Part shown: piece by piece, positions 42,001 to 56,400 of the stretch
Position numbering within the stretch: the first letter of the stretch is position 1
How the letters are laid out: each line of letters opens with the position of its first letter
Source: Chlorokybus atmophyticus
Taxonomy: Eukaryota; Plantae; Mesostigma and Chlorokybus algae
Direction: 5' to 3'
Assembly: GCA_009103225.1 (NCBI GenBank)
Contig: RHPI01002656.1
Span: 62,001-125,564 of the forward strand
Length of the DNA: 63,564 nucleotides
Notes under the pieces: generated by a model
Databases searched by the model: none
The model's input: the letters and a program-made list of their open reading frames with translations, nothing else
Told to the model about the DNA's origin: nothing
Made by a program: the position numbers and the translations under genes

Positions 42001-45000
42001 GACAGCAAACATGCAAGTGCAAGTCTGAGTAGTTATTCACACTTGTGCTACGATGGTCCTTTTTCAAATATCAAGTTCTGACTGCCGTGTGCAGGTTCTC
42101 AACTACCACTTGCAAAGGCATCTGGATTGCTTGGGTAGCACTGAGCCAGCCGGGTCACTCCCTGCATACCCTGGCTTGAGCGAGGGCTGGAAGTACTTGC
42201 TGCGCAACAAAATGGCCGCCAGCGCCGTTCCCCACACCATCTCTGGCATGCTGTTGGCCCTGCTGTCCAAGTCCATTTGGCTTCAACTGCAGGCCGAGAC
42301 ACACGGCGAGGAGCACGACAACTCGGTTGTCATGCTGAACGACAGCGTCCTGCAGGACCTCAAGGAAGTGTTCAATGCCATCATGACCCAAGTAAGTCTC
42401 TGCATGCAGCTGCCGACACTTGTAGCTTGGTGTCAAACAGGTTGAGGCGTATGCCACTGGCGTCTAAGTGTTGTGTACTAGGTACTTGAGATGGCAAGCA
42501 TGGGGAATGCCAATGATGCTCAGCAGCTCAACATCTCCGCTTCGCTCTTCCTGGTGGACATGCTGGCTACAACTGAGCCGGACCAGGCTTTGCAACTGGT
42601 CGACTTATACTTCAACAAGCTCACACCAAGCATGTCGGGATTGGCACCAGCTCTCCAGGACTTGCGGTTGCATTGCCTCAAGTCCCTGGTTGGCATGGAC
42701 GACTATGTGACTTTCATCACGCAATACGATAAGCAGAGTCTGCTAGTTGATATTCTTCTTCGGGAAGTGCTGCACGCTCTCTCCAATCCTGTTCGCGAGA
42801 TGCAAACCAAGGTGATTATACACTCTCACTGTAATGCTGCGTATTGTGTAGTTCGTGTTCATGCAGTTGTGGGATCAGCACCCATTAACCTTGACGTCTG
42901 GTTGTTGCAGGCTGTCCGGTTGCTGGCACATTCTGTGACCAAGTGTGAGTACGACTCCCGGCACCAATGGAACGAGCACCGTGCATTGATGGCGGCCATT
43001 TACTTCCCACTCATCAACTTGGTGTCTGACAATATTTCGATCGTCGAGAACCTCCCACCGCAGGTATGCACGAATACTCCATCTGCGCGCTTGACTGCAG
43101 CCTTGTAGATATGGCAGACCGCACGTTGCTGGACAGTGACTGAATAACATGTGGGTTGCTTGTTTTGCAGGAAAGGAGAGAAATTTTGGTCAGTGCTGCT
43201 TTTGTCATGCGCCACGCTCGTGAGGAGGCACTCAGGGACTGTTGGGCGAAGTCTGATGACCAAGCGCTTGGCTTCTTGTCGATGTTGCTCGCTGGCTTGA
43301 AGTCCTTTGAGGTGGCAGACCAGGCTGTGGAGGTATGATATCATCGGTAGCTCCCGCGCGCATGCACGGTATGTACATCAGTTGCAACGACCGGTTTCTG
43401 CTGCACAGACCCCAGGTGCAGCAAAGCCCAGGATTGAGGGCAACCTGTCGCCAGGCGTGTATGACATGATTGCACAGAATAAGACGCGCTCTTCAGTCGA
43501 TAGGCTGTCGGTGGAAAGCGTGGACATGAGCTCTCCAACTCCCAGCTCAGCGAAATCCAGCTCTTCACAAATACTGCGATTTAAGCGGCGGCCGGCACCA
43601 GCAGCAGTAAGTGGCGATGTACAGCAGTCATACTGTACTTTCTGCAGCTGTTGTTGAGTGTGTGTGGCATGCTGTGCAGAAAATGTGGGAGGGCAACCTG
43701 AGCACTGCAATCAGCCTCACCATGCTTGACGCATTTGTGGTATTCCTGGATACCTCAACAGCAACAGAACCCACCGCCAGCGTGCTGGACAGGTAATGGC
43801 TGCAAGTTCAAACACACATTTGCCTGTTGCGGCAACACCATGGTTTGTGTGTTGATTGATTCAATGCTTACGGCATACAATGTAATGTTGCGCGCCCGCC
43901 TGTACGGGTGCAGCCACGGGAACACTTGGTTATTGGTAACGCGCAATATCCTGTCCTCAACGGCAGATTTTTCGTGTTACTGTTCTTTTGCTTGCGTGCC
44001 CCCACANNNNNNNNNNNNNNNNNNNNNNNNNNNNNNNNNNNNNNNNNNNNNNNNNNNNNNNNNNNNNNNNNNNNNNNNNNNNNNNNNNNNNNNNNNNNNN
44101 NNNNNNNNNNNNNNNNNNNNNNNNNNNNNNNNNNNNNNNNNNNNNNNNNNNNNNNNNNNNNNNNNNNNNNNNNNNNNNNNNNNNNNNNNNNNNNNNNNNN
44201 NNNNNNNNNNNNNNNNNNNNNNNNNNNNNNNNNNNNNNNNNNNNNNNNNNNNNNNNNNNNNNNNNNNNNNNNNNNNNNNNNNNNNNNNNNNNNNNNNNNN
44301 NNNNNNNNNNNNNNNNNNNNNNNNNNNNNNNNNNNNNNNNNNNNNNNNNNNNNNNNNNNNNNNNNNNNNNNNNNNNNNNNNNNNNNNNNNNNNNNNNNNN
44401 NNNNNNNNNNNNNNNNNNNNNNNNNNNNNNNNNNNNNNNNNNNNNNNNNNNNNNNNNNNNNNNNNNNNNNNNNNNNNNNNNNNNNNNNNNNNNNNNNNNN
44501 NNNNNNNNNNNNNNNNNNNNNNNNNNNNNNNNNNNNNNNNNNNNNNNNNNNNNNNNNNCCCTCTCGAGCTGACTTGTTTATGCGTGCAGGTGCTGCGACC
44601 TGTTGCTGGAGTTCATGCATTTGCGCCAGTCGGCAGAGGCGTGGCTGCGCTTCGTTGATGCATTTGATCTCTTCTTGTGCAAGCACCCGTCCTTCCTGAT
44701 GCCAGGCAAAGATGAAGGCTTCCTGTTGGAGGCAGCCATCGCACTGTTCCGCACCGGATCTTTTGCATCGCCCGAGCTGCGCAGCAGTGGCGTGACCGGC
44801 CTTCGGCTCCTGTTGAAAGTAAGTTGAAAGCTGCTCATGCTTGGTTTTCATCAGCTGCAACAGTAAGCTAACCCACTTGGATGCACAACCGTTTTGCAAA
44901 CCTTCACTGACTGGTGTTTGTTACAGCATTCTGTTGCTGCTTTTGGCAACACTGTTCGCCTAAGGACGATTCTGAGTATAGCGCTGTCGCGGTTGCCAAG

Positions 45001-46485
45001 CGTGGTGCCCTTTATTGAGCCGACAGGCTCCGGCATGCAACAAACGCCAGCTGTGCGCAACCTTTGGCAGTCCATCAACGAATTTGCTGATCCCAAGTCC
45101 AACGATGACAAGGCATTGTACAGCACTCAGGTACACACCGCGGGGTCATAGTGTCTGCTTGCGTCAGTTGCAGTTGCCTTTGCTTGGGATGTATATTGCA
45201 GACTTACGGTTTGATACAATAACATCAGGTGCGGTCAATGGCGACGACGCTGCAGAATGTTGTTACTTGCCAAGCAACCTATGAGTTGGAGGCGCAAAGC
45301 GGTCAAGCATCGACCCAGGGCTTTGCGGATGGTCATGCCTTGGCCGATGCATACTTTGAGCTAGCCACAGCATTGGCGCATGTTCCAGATCTGCACTCAG
45401 AATGGCTGCGCAAGCTTTCCCGATTGCACCGCGATCAGGAGCGCTGGGCTGAATCAGCGGTATGCTGTCGTATTGTGTTAGCATTGATATGCGGATGTTG
45501 TTGTGTTGGGGGTACACATGTTTCAGTCGCACTGATCGCTCGTTGCATGCAGATGTGTTCGATGGCCATGTTCATGGCTACACACGTGTGGACAGAAGGC
45601 AAGGTGCTGGCGGAGGAGGGCACTGCGTGGGCTGGGGACAGCCTTGCAACCATCATGCGCATAAGCGCGGCGCGCAACCCCTCCATTGCACCATTGCCCA
45701 AGGAGAGTCAAGGCCTGCAGAGCAACTCCGCCACGTACGCGGCGGGTCTACGCAGTCTGCACATGGCCGCCTCTCTATTTCTCAAAGCCGAGCTGTTCGC
45801 GCCAGCTTTGAGCCTATTTAAAGTGCTGCTGCCGGTGTATGAATACAGGAGGTCACTGCCTCACCTCATTGACTGCCACGATGGTTGCAAACAGGTAAGA
45901 CAGCAGCTGCTGGAGATTTCCCAGCCTGTGTTAATGTAGGTTGCTTCATACACCACGTTGCCGTAGGTTTATGAAGCCATGCAGCAAGAAGAGGAGCATA
46001 GCGGTCCTCACCCAATGGCGGCCTTTTACCGAGTGGCATTCTATGGCGCCTGTCTAGGCGCATTGAATGGCCAGCAGTACGTGTACCGCGAACCTCACCA
46101 CGTCACGCATCGCGACTTCGTGGAGTGGATGCAGATGGTGTTTGAAGCCAAGCTCGGTCAGAATAAGCTTGGCATCATCACCTCGGGGCATGACGTGGTG
46201 GTGGACGAGCTCATGCCTACTGTCGGCTACATTCAAGTGACTCCAGTCACGCCGCTGCCAGCCGAACACTCGCTGCATACGGCGCTGGTGCCTGACGTGG
46301 ACACTGGATTGTGCGAGTTTGCTTATGAAACGCAGTTTTCAACAGCCGGAAGTCGTGATCTATGGAGCAAGCGAACAGTTCTGAGAACAGAAAGCAGCTT
46401 CCCCAGTGCCAAGGCAAGGTTGCGCGTCGTGGACACCCAGCATACTGTTCTGCCCAGTGAGATGCCACGCATGGTGTCGCGGTAA
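38506..46485 (+). CDS. SPK1: SPIKE1-like DOCK-family RopGEF, multi-exon. C2/DHR-1 and DHR-2 lobes A-B recognised, lobe C not found
   Basis: Segments YGKFPAVQLSDLPGQVFEGD, HKLSED, DRERQKLQ..EQFAWALV, NLLYIYP..NVFVRIELRD, FHDEMKLQLP..HHHLLFTF, WEGNLS, VPDLHSEWLRKL, FYRVAFYG..YVYRE and LRTESSFP are collinear with plant SPK1. Start and end positions are tentative. Confidence 0.88.
44007..44558. other. Assembly gap (552 N) inside an SPK1 intron
   Basis: N run. The flanking exons join in phase (AG|G) and are contiguous with the SPK1 homology. Confidence 0.95.
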
Positions 46486-47421
46486 CGATTGGGTGGCAGT
46501 ACCAGTTGCCTGCTGTGCGTTGTGAAGTCCTCGTGCGTCCTTTAGCATTTGCGACAGGTGGCTGTGATTGATAGATGAGGTACACACTGTTGGAGCTTTG
46601 CATTCAGCAATTATGCAAGGCACCGGCCTTTTTGCAAGCACTAGTGTACGTTGCTGTAGTTATTAGTAGTAGTTATTAGTGGTTCGCATCTAGTAGCTGT
46701 GCACCTCCAGCTTCGCATCTGATTATCTTTAGCAAGTGTAGGTAACTGTTGTAATCTAGAGGGTGGGGATGATGTTATGTATGGTATACTGTGTGACTGC
46801 GTGAGCGTCTTGACAAGCACATTGTTCGCTAAGTGCAGTTTGCAGGGCTATTACCAGCGACCTCAGACCACCGTTGTACATGTGTGCTTGGTAGACTTGG
46901 AAAGCACTTCTAATGCAACAGACTGATAATGATAGCCTCGAGTGCACGCCAACACACATCTCTCTCTCTCTCTCTCTCTCTGGTGTTGAGTGCTAATTGG
47001 TGGGAACGCATGTGCGCTCCGTCCTGAGCAATTTTGTACAACAACACCCGCAAAAGTCAGCACAACCTAGTATACAACATCTGCGTAACATTACAACAAG
47101 CATGTATGCGATGGTCCAATGGTTTGTAGACCCCAATGAGTATGTGCGAAGGCCAACGGCAGAGAGCTGAATAAAGTACAGAACCTCAGCACGCATAGAG
47201 TTGCCTGCTTATGCAGCAAGCATGCTATCCGCACACATGCACTAAAGCACATAGTTTCAAGCAGCTGCACAGCCTAACTACACAGCGCATCACGCACTGC
47301 ATTTGCGAAATACCTACCAAGTAAACAAGTTCTTCTGTGTCCAAAAGAACACTAACCAAAGTCAACTGTTTTACAACACAGCAGCAGACCCCAGGACCCC
47401 ACCCCTGCACGCAGCAGCATG

Positions 47422-50400
47422 TCACCCGAAACCAAACCCTTCACTCGCTTCGTGTATCGCCAACAGCAAGCGCTCACGCAACTGGGCTGCATTCGCGTAC
47501 TCTGGCAGATCCAGTTGGTTGAAGCTGCGGCGCAAGCAACAATCAACTTTGACAGCATAGCAGACTGGAGAGCAGCAAAAATAACCTTGACCCATAGAAA
47601 CAAACATGAGACGACCGTGAAGGCAGCCTTGGTCAACTCACCAGGTATGAGCAGACGGCAGGCGCTCTGGTGCCCCGTAAGCTCTGTGAATCTGGAACTT
47701 TTGAGGACCTGATATGCCTTGCAAGGATTTGAAGCCATCAAGCGGCACCTGTGCACATGCGCTAGTCAACACTCCAGTAGCCAATCACTGAACTTGACAC
47801 GCCAATACAGCGAGCGGAACTTTTCTAAGTTGCTGCCTGTACCTTGGATGTGCCCGTCACAAACTGCAGCAGGCTTGCCAAGTCTTCCTTGCTGAAGGAG
47901 CAGACTATTTCCCAGAACCACTGCCCATATAGCTCCCCGTCATTTGGTGTTCGTCATGTTGACATGCACTGTGAGACAATTCTCTGCGCAACGAGTTACC
48001 TGAATGCTTGGTGACGCGTTGCTGTAGCCAGTGTACTCAGTGTTGCCGCGAAGGTCATCAACTGCGAACACAGCAGGTTGATTGCACGTATTCTACCACA
48101 TTGCAAGGCAGCTGTTAAGATAGATATCGTGTAGACAAGGTACCATCAATCTCCGGTAGGCCGCTGATAAGCAGCTCCAGCTCACGATCGTTGAATATCG
48201 AAATCAAATCCCTGGGTACAAGCTCGTTGAAGCCGTCCAGGAAAGCAGCTGCAAGCAAATAGCAATGTGAATGTCCATTCCGTTGTGTGTGTCATTCAGA
48301 ACTGACAAGTACTCCCCCAAGCTTGCAGCACTGCTACTTGTGCAAAATCAGTGCAATACCTATCTGAGGCTTGATTGCATTTGTCATGCGGTGCTCTGTT
48401 ATCAGGTTCACGTATTCCCGCTTGTTTTCATCAGTAACCGCAATGTTTCTACCGTTGGGTATCAAGTCCACCACCTGACTGGTACCAAACAGGATCTTCT
48501 CCTGTTCATCAGCTTCAGCGCTGAAAGTCAGTTCCAGCACGTTGCTAATGTCGTTTTCCAACATCCACTTCAGGTTCTTGTAGTACTCTGGGTCGTTGGC
48601 CTCGATGTCATGGTACGTCACGGGGACACCAAGCATGTGCTTGTAGAATGAACGCGTGAAGTACGCATCCAGAAGTTGTCCATCATAAAGCGCTTTGGCC
48701 ACAACCCTGCCGATGAACTTAAAATAGGACAGGTGCTCCAGCACTCCCTGATAGTGAGAGTTGGGATTGGGCTGGAAAGTGGCGTTGTTGACGCTAACGA
48801 ACAACGCGTTATTGACGTTGAAGATTGCGCGTGATAGGATCAGGTACCACTCCCTTGTCAAACCGCCGGCATCTATGCCCTCTTCACCTTGGAACTGAAC
48901 CGTCAAACGGCCCCGCAGCTCGTCCGCGCTGCGCATACGAAGCTGGTGGTAGGAGTCCTCCAGGACATGGGACCTTCTAACACATATGCGCAGCGAGCCG
49001 TAGTGCCTATCGTCATGTTGCTGTTTGACTCGTGAGCGGAAGTATGTCCGCTTATTATCAAAGTCCACAAGCTTGGCGGCCTTAAGCAGCAATGATAGCG
49101 AGCCCTGTCCAAAAAAAGTACAACAGCGTCAGTGAGCATGACATCCCATGTGACGAGCAGCTGGATGCAAATCACACACACTACGAGCTTGCTGAAAACA
49201 ACTAGGCAAAGACTGTCCTAAGACTAGGGCACACCTCTAGCAGCGCAGGGCTTTGACGAATAAAGGCGTTTAGCAATCGTCGATGCCGCTCTGCAAACCG
49301 CACAAAAGAGGACACGCCTTGGTCCTCATCAGACTCTGCTCTTCCAGCAGTGCTTGGTGCTGCTGCTTCAAAACCGGTGTCGCTGCTGGACTCAGACATA
49401 GCGGAAATGTCGGATGCTGTCCTGTCGTGCAGCTTGCGCTTCCGAACGAGTGAAGTCACCGTTTTGCTCGTGACAGGTGACCACAACCCTTTGTCCTTGA
49501 GCTTGCGTATGCACTGCAAGACAACATCCAGGTTGTAACTTGATGGCAGGCAACACGCGGCGCAAGGCTAGCAGTGCAGACCTCTTACCTCGTTCAACAC
49601 GAAGAAGGCTTCGACCATGGGCAACACTTGAGCTGTGCCCGGCGGAAGAGGTGGGAAGACTGCTGCCGCAATGCGCGACGCGCTGGAGCTCGATGAACTC
49701 GGTCCAGAGCCCTGCGGCACAGTAACCAAGTTCAGCTGACTGCAGTGTGCTTGCGATGCATACTTGTGCTATTGAAACAGGAGAAAGCAATAAAACACCT
49801 GAGAAAGGCGTGTCTCGATCGCACCGACGCAAGCACTCAAGCCCTCCCATACAGGCTCCATGGCTGCAGCCAATTGCGGCATGACATCTGTTTCTGGAAC
49901 AACAAGGTCCTGCTGAACATCCATGGCTGTTTCAGCTGCCGGCGGATCGTCCTGTGCCTTTGGCGCCACGTAAGCATCAAGCGCCATGTCAATAAGGCTG
50001 CCAATGGCTTGTAGCACGCGCAAGACGGTGGCACCAACTGATACAGCCGCTGGTGCAGGTACAAGTCCCGTGGCACCGGAAGCTGCAAGCATTGACAATT
50101 CCTCCATTGCTGGGCCAGTTAATCTCCGGATGGCATCTGTCAGCTCAGAGATGAACAACCGGCGATGTTGCAAGATGGCAGCCAGCAACTTCAGCACTGC
50201 CGCTACGCGAGTACAGGCGAGCTCTGTGAGTCTGCACACACGAGAATGCGAATTAAACCGCATTGTGACCACAATGCACCATGGTTTATGCACACGCCAT
50301 AGCTGCACACATACCCGTCTTGGGCAAGAAGGTTGGGAAGCTCGCGCAAATAGCTATCTGGCAGTGCTTGCACGAGCAAGAGAGCCTGGTCATCTTGAGG

Positions 50401-53400
50401 CTTAGCATCAGTGCTGGTTGTTGCCGCAGCCTGAGACGGTGCGGCAGCAGTCTGATCAGCAGGCTCTGCAGCTGGCCTTCCTGCTGCCTCAGACTGTGGT
50501 TCCTCAGCTTTGGCAGGCTCTTGAACAGGTTTGACTGTGAGTCCCTCAACGGCCCGCAGCACCACCTCCAAGAGCTGCATGACTTGCTCCAAGTGGGCGC
50601 TGCTGCGAGAATAGCGCGGTTGCAGGAGAAGCTGCAGTATCAGTGTGATGGGAGCTTCACCCTGCTCCCCGACTTTTCCTTTTCCCTTGCTCTCTGGCGC
50701 GAGTTGGAGGGCCTGAGGCTGCAAGAACAGCCGTGCAAACCGTGGGTGATGCCGTGCAAGGTAAGTAGTCATCTCAAGCACGCGCCGGGACACCAAGGGT
50801 GGGACACCTGCAAAACGTTCCACTTGGTTGATTATCGTGCTGGCCTCTGCATTGAGGTTCAATTGCTGGAATTCTTACCATCGTCAGCTTGTGATGCTGT
50901 CACCACTGTGTGTGTTTGGCACCCAAACAGCGGCTGCTCTGTAGTGGAGCCTGCAGAAGCTGCCCCTTGCATATCTTGCGCTGTGAGGCCAGCAACTTGC
51001 AAGTCTGGCCTCAGCATAGCCAACAGCAGCTCCAGGATCTTCACGCGAGTTGAGCTGTGTGGGCACAAGCTCAACAACACTCGATGTAGAAGCCCCTTCT
51101 GCAATGGCTGAGGCGCACAACATGAGCAAGAAGTAAGATTCGGCTGCACACAGCAAGACTTGACACACAATCACTTGTGACCCCGGCACTTCACTTGTTA
51201 CCTGCACAAGCCTAAGTAAGCGAATCAACGCGTAAAGTGCAGCTGTGTCCACGAGCGCATCGCCTTCCACGTCCTTTGCCAACTTCTTTGCACTAGAACT
51301 GGGCAGCAGCAGCCCTCGGCTTCCTGCCGGTGGATGCTCATGGTTGCCTGCATGTAAGCCAGTAAGCAATGTCACCCAAAGTGCTGACGGTTCCCATAGG
51401 CAGGGCACCTACCAGTCGCCAAAGCATGTCCCCTTTGCATAGAGAATGGCCTTGCCGATGAATTGGAAAAGTTATGCAATGCTCGCTCACGCAGCAGTTG
51501 AGCTTCAGCCAGCAGCGGCGGAGGGAGGGATGCCAACACAGCCTCATCCGAGGTCAGAAGCACCTGACGTGTCACCAACACACGCATCTCTCAGCAGTCA
51601 ATAGCTCAAAACATACCTGTGCACGACCTGTGCAGCACAGCAGAATTACCTCTTCGCGCAGCTCTGCGGGAAATGTAGCTATGATAGAAGCGCTGTCCAT
51701 GTCCGATGGATGTCCCATGCTTCTCGAAATAGCTGCTAAAGCACGTTGCTGCTGCAGCACTTCTGCGCGGATGTCATGGGGCAACGCTGCCAGAAACTCT
51801 GGATCCAGTTCCATTCCAACACCAGCATCTCCAGCAGGTTCAGGTGGAGACCTGGCAGGCAAGTTCCGAGATGCGAGAAGCTCCTCTCTTAGTTCTAGCG
51901 GAAGTGCCTCCAAGAAAGCAGGATCAATATCTGGCGCCGTTATTAGCTCGCCTTGCCGCTCACTAGGCCTTTCAGCATTGTGAGCAGGAGCAACACCTGG
52001 ATCCCTCTGCTCATCTGCGTCACGCATGACATCATCTGTGTCCTGAGCTGAGCTTGGCCCCCTATGAGAGGGGACGGGAATGGGGCCAGGCCCAGATGTC
52101 CGATTCACAGGCAACCTGGGCGCTATAGCATGGCTGGGCACTCGTTCCGCCTGGCGGTCACCATCATCATCCCCATCGCGACTGCCGATTTCGACTTCAA
52201 GACTGCGCAAGGATTGCGCGTCCCCAACCGTTGTGGCTGTCGCACCGCTGCCACCGCTGACTCGGTCGCTGCCTATGTCACGGTCCTCTCGATCATGCAT
52301 ATCAATGTCAGCTGGACCCTGCCGAGCACCTGCAGTGCCGCTGGTGGTTGTAATCTGATCACCAATCGGTGCATCAAGGCCTGCCATGCCAGGCTCCAGA
52401 TTGTTGGCAGCGGCAGTTGTTGGGGCTGATGCTGCCATCAAGGATGGTTCCTCCGTGTGCTCAGCTGCCCCTGCAGTGACAGCTTCGCTTGTAGGCTGCT
52501 CCGCAGCTGCATGAGCATTGCTTGGCTCCTGCTCCGAAGCAATGCGGGCTTGAAGAGCAGACACCATTGTTGTCTCAAGAACGCCGGCCAAGCTTGCATG
52601 TCCAGCAGCATGAGGTTGACCATCGTCCGTCCAGTTTAGCATCCTGACATCCGGTGCCCCTCCACGCTGGATGTAGGATGGGTCAATTGCCAGGTCGAGC
52701 AGCGCCAATGGCTCAGATGGCGGACGTGATCCAGAATACACCCAGCCTTGACGCCCCGGTGGAACCTCCATCCAGAAACCGCCACCCCAAGGTTCGTAGG
52801 CATGACGATCAGCGCCGGCAATGTCCAACAACTCCGTGATACCCAGCGCGTTGTCAATAGAAGCACTGACTGTACTGACTCCAGCCCCCAATGATGCGGT
52901 ACCAAAACTGCCAGTTGGACTGCTGGAGGCAGCACTGCCTGGCATCATCGGTGGTCTTGTCAGCAGAGGATGACTCAGGGACACCGGCCGTTCCGTACGT
53001 GTGCGATCTGGAACCATCCTGTACGAAGGTGCTCTTCTTCTGTCAGTAGCTGCTGCTCTGCGATAGCCGCTCAGAATGTTGTTCATCAATCCCACATTGA
53101 ACTGCTGGGCATGACCAGGATGACCAGCCCAGTGTGTCCCCAGCACGGCATGAGGAGCATCATGCCCACCATCACGTTGCCAGTGCACTTCAATAACGCG
53201 GTGACTGTGCCAAGCATCATCGTCATCATCACCAAACTCATCATCAACTTGGCCGCCATCAAAGTCAGGTCCATATATGACATCATCCCCATCTTCTTCT
53301 GCATCGTCCTCAATGTCATCCATATCTTCTTCCTCGTCGTCTTCATCGTGTTCCTCATCTTCTTCATCCTGCTCATCCTCATCAACATCGCCATCCTGCT

Positions 53401-56400
53401 CATCATCTTCATCATCCTCATCTTCATCACCGCCATTCAGACGCTCCTCCATGGCGTCCATGAAAGCGTCCATCTGGTCTTGAGTGATGCGCTCAGTCTG
53501 CGCGCGTCCTGCAGACACATCGCCTTGCTGGTGATTCACAGGAACCATAACAGGGTCACTTGCATGTGCCTCAGCATCAGCGTCTTGCATCTGCTCGTCC
53601 ACAGCTGCAGGTGCAGCACCAGAAGAGTTGTCCTGCTGCGCGTGGGCTTGTGACGAGGTAGGAAGTGAAGCAGAGCGATGTGCACTGCCAGTGGTTAACA
53701 CAGGCTGGTCTGGATTGGATGCCACAAGCCGGTCCTGTGACGGTGTGGCAGCATCTGTGTGGGATGCCATGCGAACAAGCAACTCCAAAGGTTTGAGTAC
53801 AGCATTGATCACCCTGGGAGCGTCAGGGTGATTAAGGTCCACCAGTTGCAGCGTATGCGTCAGTGCAGGTATGATGTTGGCCTGCAGCATGGACTTAGCC
53901 ATGTCCGTGGAGAACCCAAAGACGCTGCCCGTCGTTGGAGTAGCAGTTGTGGAAAGCAGCGCATTGACCAGGTCGACGAATGGCCGCACCATGCCTTTGG
54001 ATAGCCCAGCCGAGCCTGGTTCATCTGAAGCCTGTGCATTGCTGAGTGCGCGAGCAATCTCACTGAGCACTCTGCGTCGAGCTTCGTATGATCTCACGCA
54101 CAATGCCAATAGCAAATAGGTTGCCTGCTCGGACAGCCTGTCTCTGTGTGGGCCATTCCTGGAGGGTTGCGCTGTGTGTGGCGGCAGCAACTTGTGCATG
54201 ATGTGCTGCAGTATGCTTTTGGACTTGCCGTGAAGGACACGAGGATCCGTATCACGCCGCAATATGACATGCGCTGTTGATGGGTGCATCAAACAGAATT
54301 CGGTGAGAAGCTTCAGAACCAGAGCGAGCTGAGATGAGCGCATGTCATCCTCTTTGACTGGACTTGTTGCAGCTGCACTGCGGTCAGCTGTGTCCACACC
54401 TTTCCCTTTGTTGCTGGAGTTGGTGCTGGCCAGATCCAATGCATCCAGGCTTTCCAGTTGGCGCGAAGCATCCTGGACAGATGGTGCATAACTGATGACA
54501 AACTCCAGAAGCTTGTCAATAACCTGGGAAAAACTGTGCGGGATCTTCTTGTGCGCTTTGTGCTTTCCAGCAGCACCGTCATCACTGGTGCGAGGCGGAT
54601 CAGCGTCCTTGGATTGACTGGGTTGCTCTGGCGGCTTGATGGTGTCCTTCAGCAAAACACTAACACGTGAACCGCTCTCCTCCATGCGGCACACACTCTG
54701 CACTGCTTCCAAAAACACCTGTGGATCCCTAGCCACAACAGGTGCCAAAGACATCAGGAATGCCCTTGGCGTGACACGGCTTCCATGGCGAGCAAGGCTA
54801 GCAGCAAGCGTGTGCTTGATTTCCGCCTCCATTGCTTGCTGAAGAGTCGATGGATCCTCCAGCATGTGCCGCACGACAGCTGCAACTGTGCGCTCATAAC
54901 CAGGAAACAAGCTTGAAGGTGCCAAACAGAGCAAGACCTGCAGCATATCCTCCGCCAAGAACTGCAGCGCAATGGAATGGTGCTTGGTCAGCCGGGCTGA
55001 CAACTGCAAGACAGCCTGTGCTTCTGCAGCGGAAGGCTCTCGCTTCAATATGGCACAGCAAACATGCGCTGCCTGAACCCTGTCATAGTCTGAAAGATAC
55101 CCTGATGCTTTCTGTTCAGCAGAAGTCAATGTCGACGCACCCGCAGAATCACCATTCTCTGCACTGGGCTTGGCAGTAAGCGCTGCAGCGCTGGGCAGGG
55201 CCGTATCTGAAGTTGCAGCATCACCCTTGCTTTCATTTTGGACCTGGCTCATGGCATCCAGAACAAGCAAAAGGGATGGCACCCATGCTGCCGAGGATGA
55301 CTTTTCACCTGCTTTCGCATATCCTTCCAACAGATTCAAAGCAACATCTTGGACCCCAATCTCTGCAGCAACTTGACGTGATGGTAGGTCGCTGTTGATA
55401 ACCAAAGCCGTGACATGGGATACTGCCGTGAGAGCGCTAGGAGTTGCATCGCCGCTACGTGCCTTCAGGCTGTCGAGGAAATGATGAAGAACACTTTGCC
55501 TATCCTTGCCACCGTCTTTGTTGCAGATACAGACTAACAGATCGGCAACAGGGAAGGCGCCACCGTCACACGCCGCTGCAACACGCAAACCTGCTTGCAG
55601 GACACTTTGCAACGGTGGAGACCGAGCAGCAGTGTCTGCAGGAGGGACTGAATCTGTCGCTGCAGTGCCTAGCTCCTGCTCCACTCCAGTCATGGATAGC
55701 GCAAGTGCTCTTGCCAACTCTGGATCATCTTCTTCTGCAGCCACTTCAACCTCTGGGTGGTTTATCAGCCAATCCATTGCCAGCTCAACGCTGCTGTTGC
55801 CAACCCGCCTCAAAGCCTCTTCTGCGCGAGCCCTGGTGAAGCCCATTTCCACAATTGTTGACACCAGCTGTGCGTCTACTGCGGCTGTCTGCGCACGCTC
55901 GGCTGCGGAAACACCACCGGCAAGCGCAGGCTTCTGTGCGTCGACACTTACACCCAGATAAACATGCGTAAGTACAGTCACAACAGACGAAACCAGCGGC
56001 AGGGAGCATTGGGAAAATAAAGGGTGCTCCCAGATAGGCAGAACAGCGTCCAGAATGCGGTTCTGCATTGACTGGACAGCCTCTGCAGCCTGTGCTGCAG
56101 CAGCAGAGGGCGTGGCAGTTGCTGAAGCCAACATGGTGGTAGCTTGAGGTGAAGTCAACAGCAATGATGCATTGGACAGGTGTTCTAGGAGAACACAGCA
56201 AGCCAGAACCGCACCCTGCACGACTTCCAGGACATCTGAATCTCCACCCTGGGATGTTCGACGCAACAAATGGCTCCACAGTGCCTGAAGCAAGTCTTGC
56301 AGGCTGCTGATGATTGCCTCCAAGCCTTTCTGCTGCAAAAACTCCTTCAACAGCAAAGTGTTGCACGTACGCCGACGTGCATCGTATACCAGAGCTGCAG

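Noticed and set aside
44007-44558. Missing SPK1 exon in the N gap
   Set aside because: The flanking exons are in phase and contiguous with the homolog (VLDR|CCDLL), so the gap is probably intronic.
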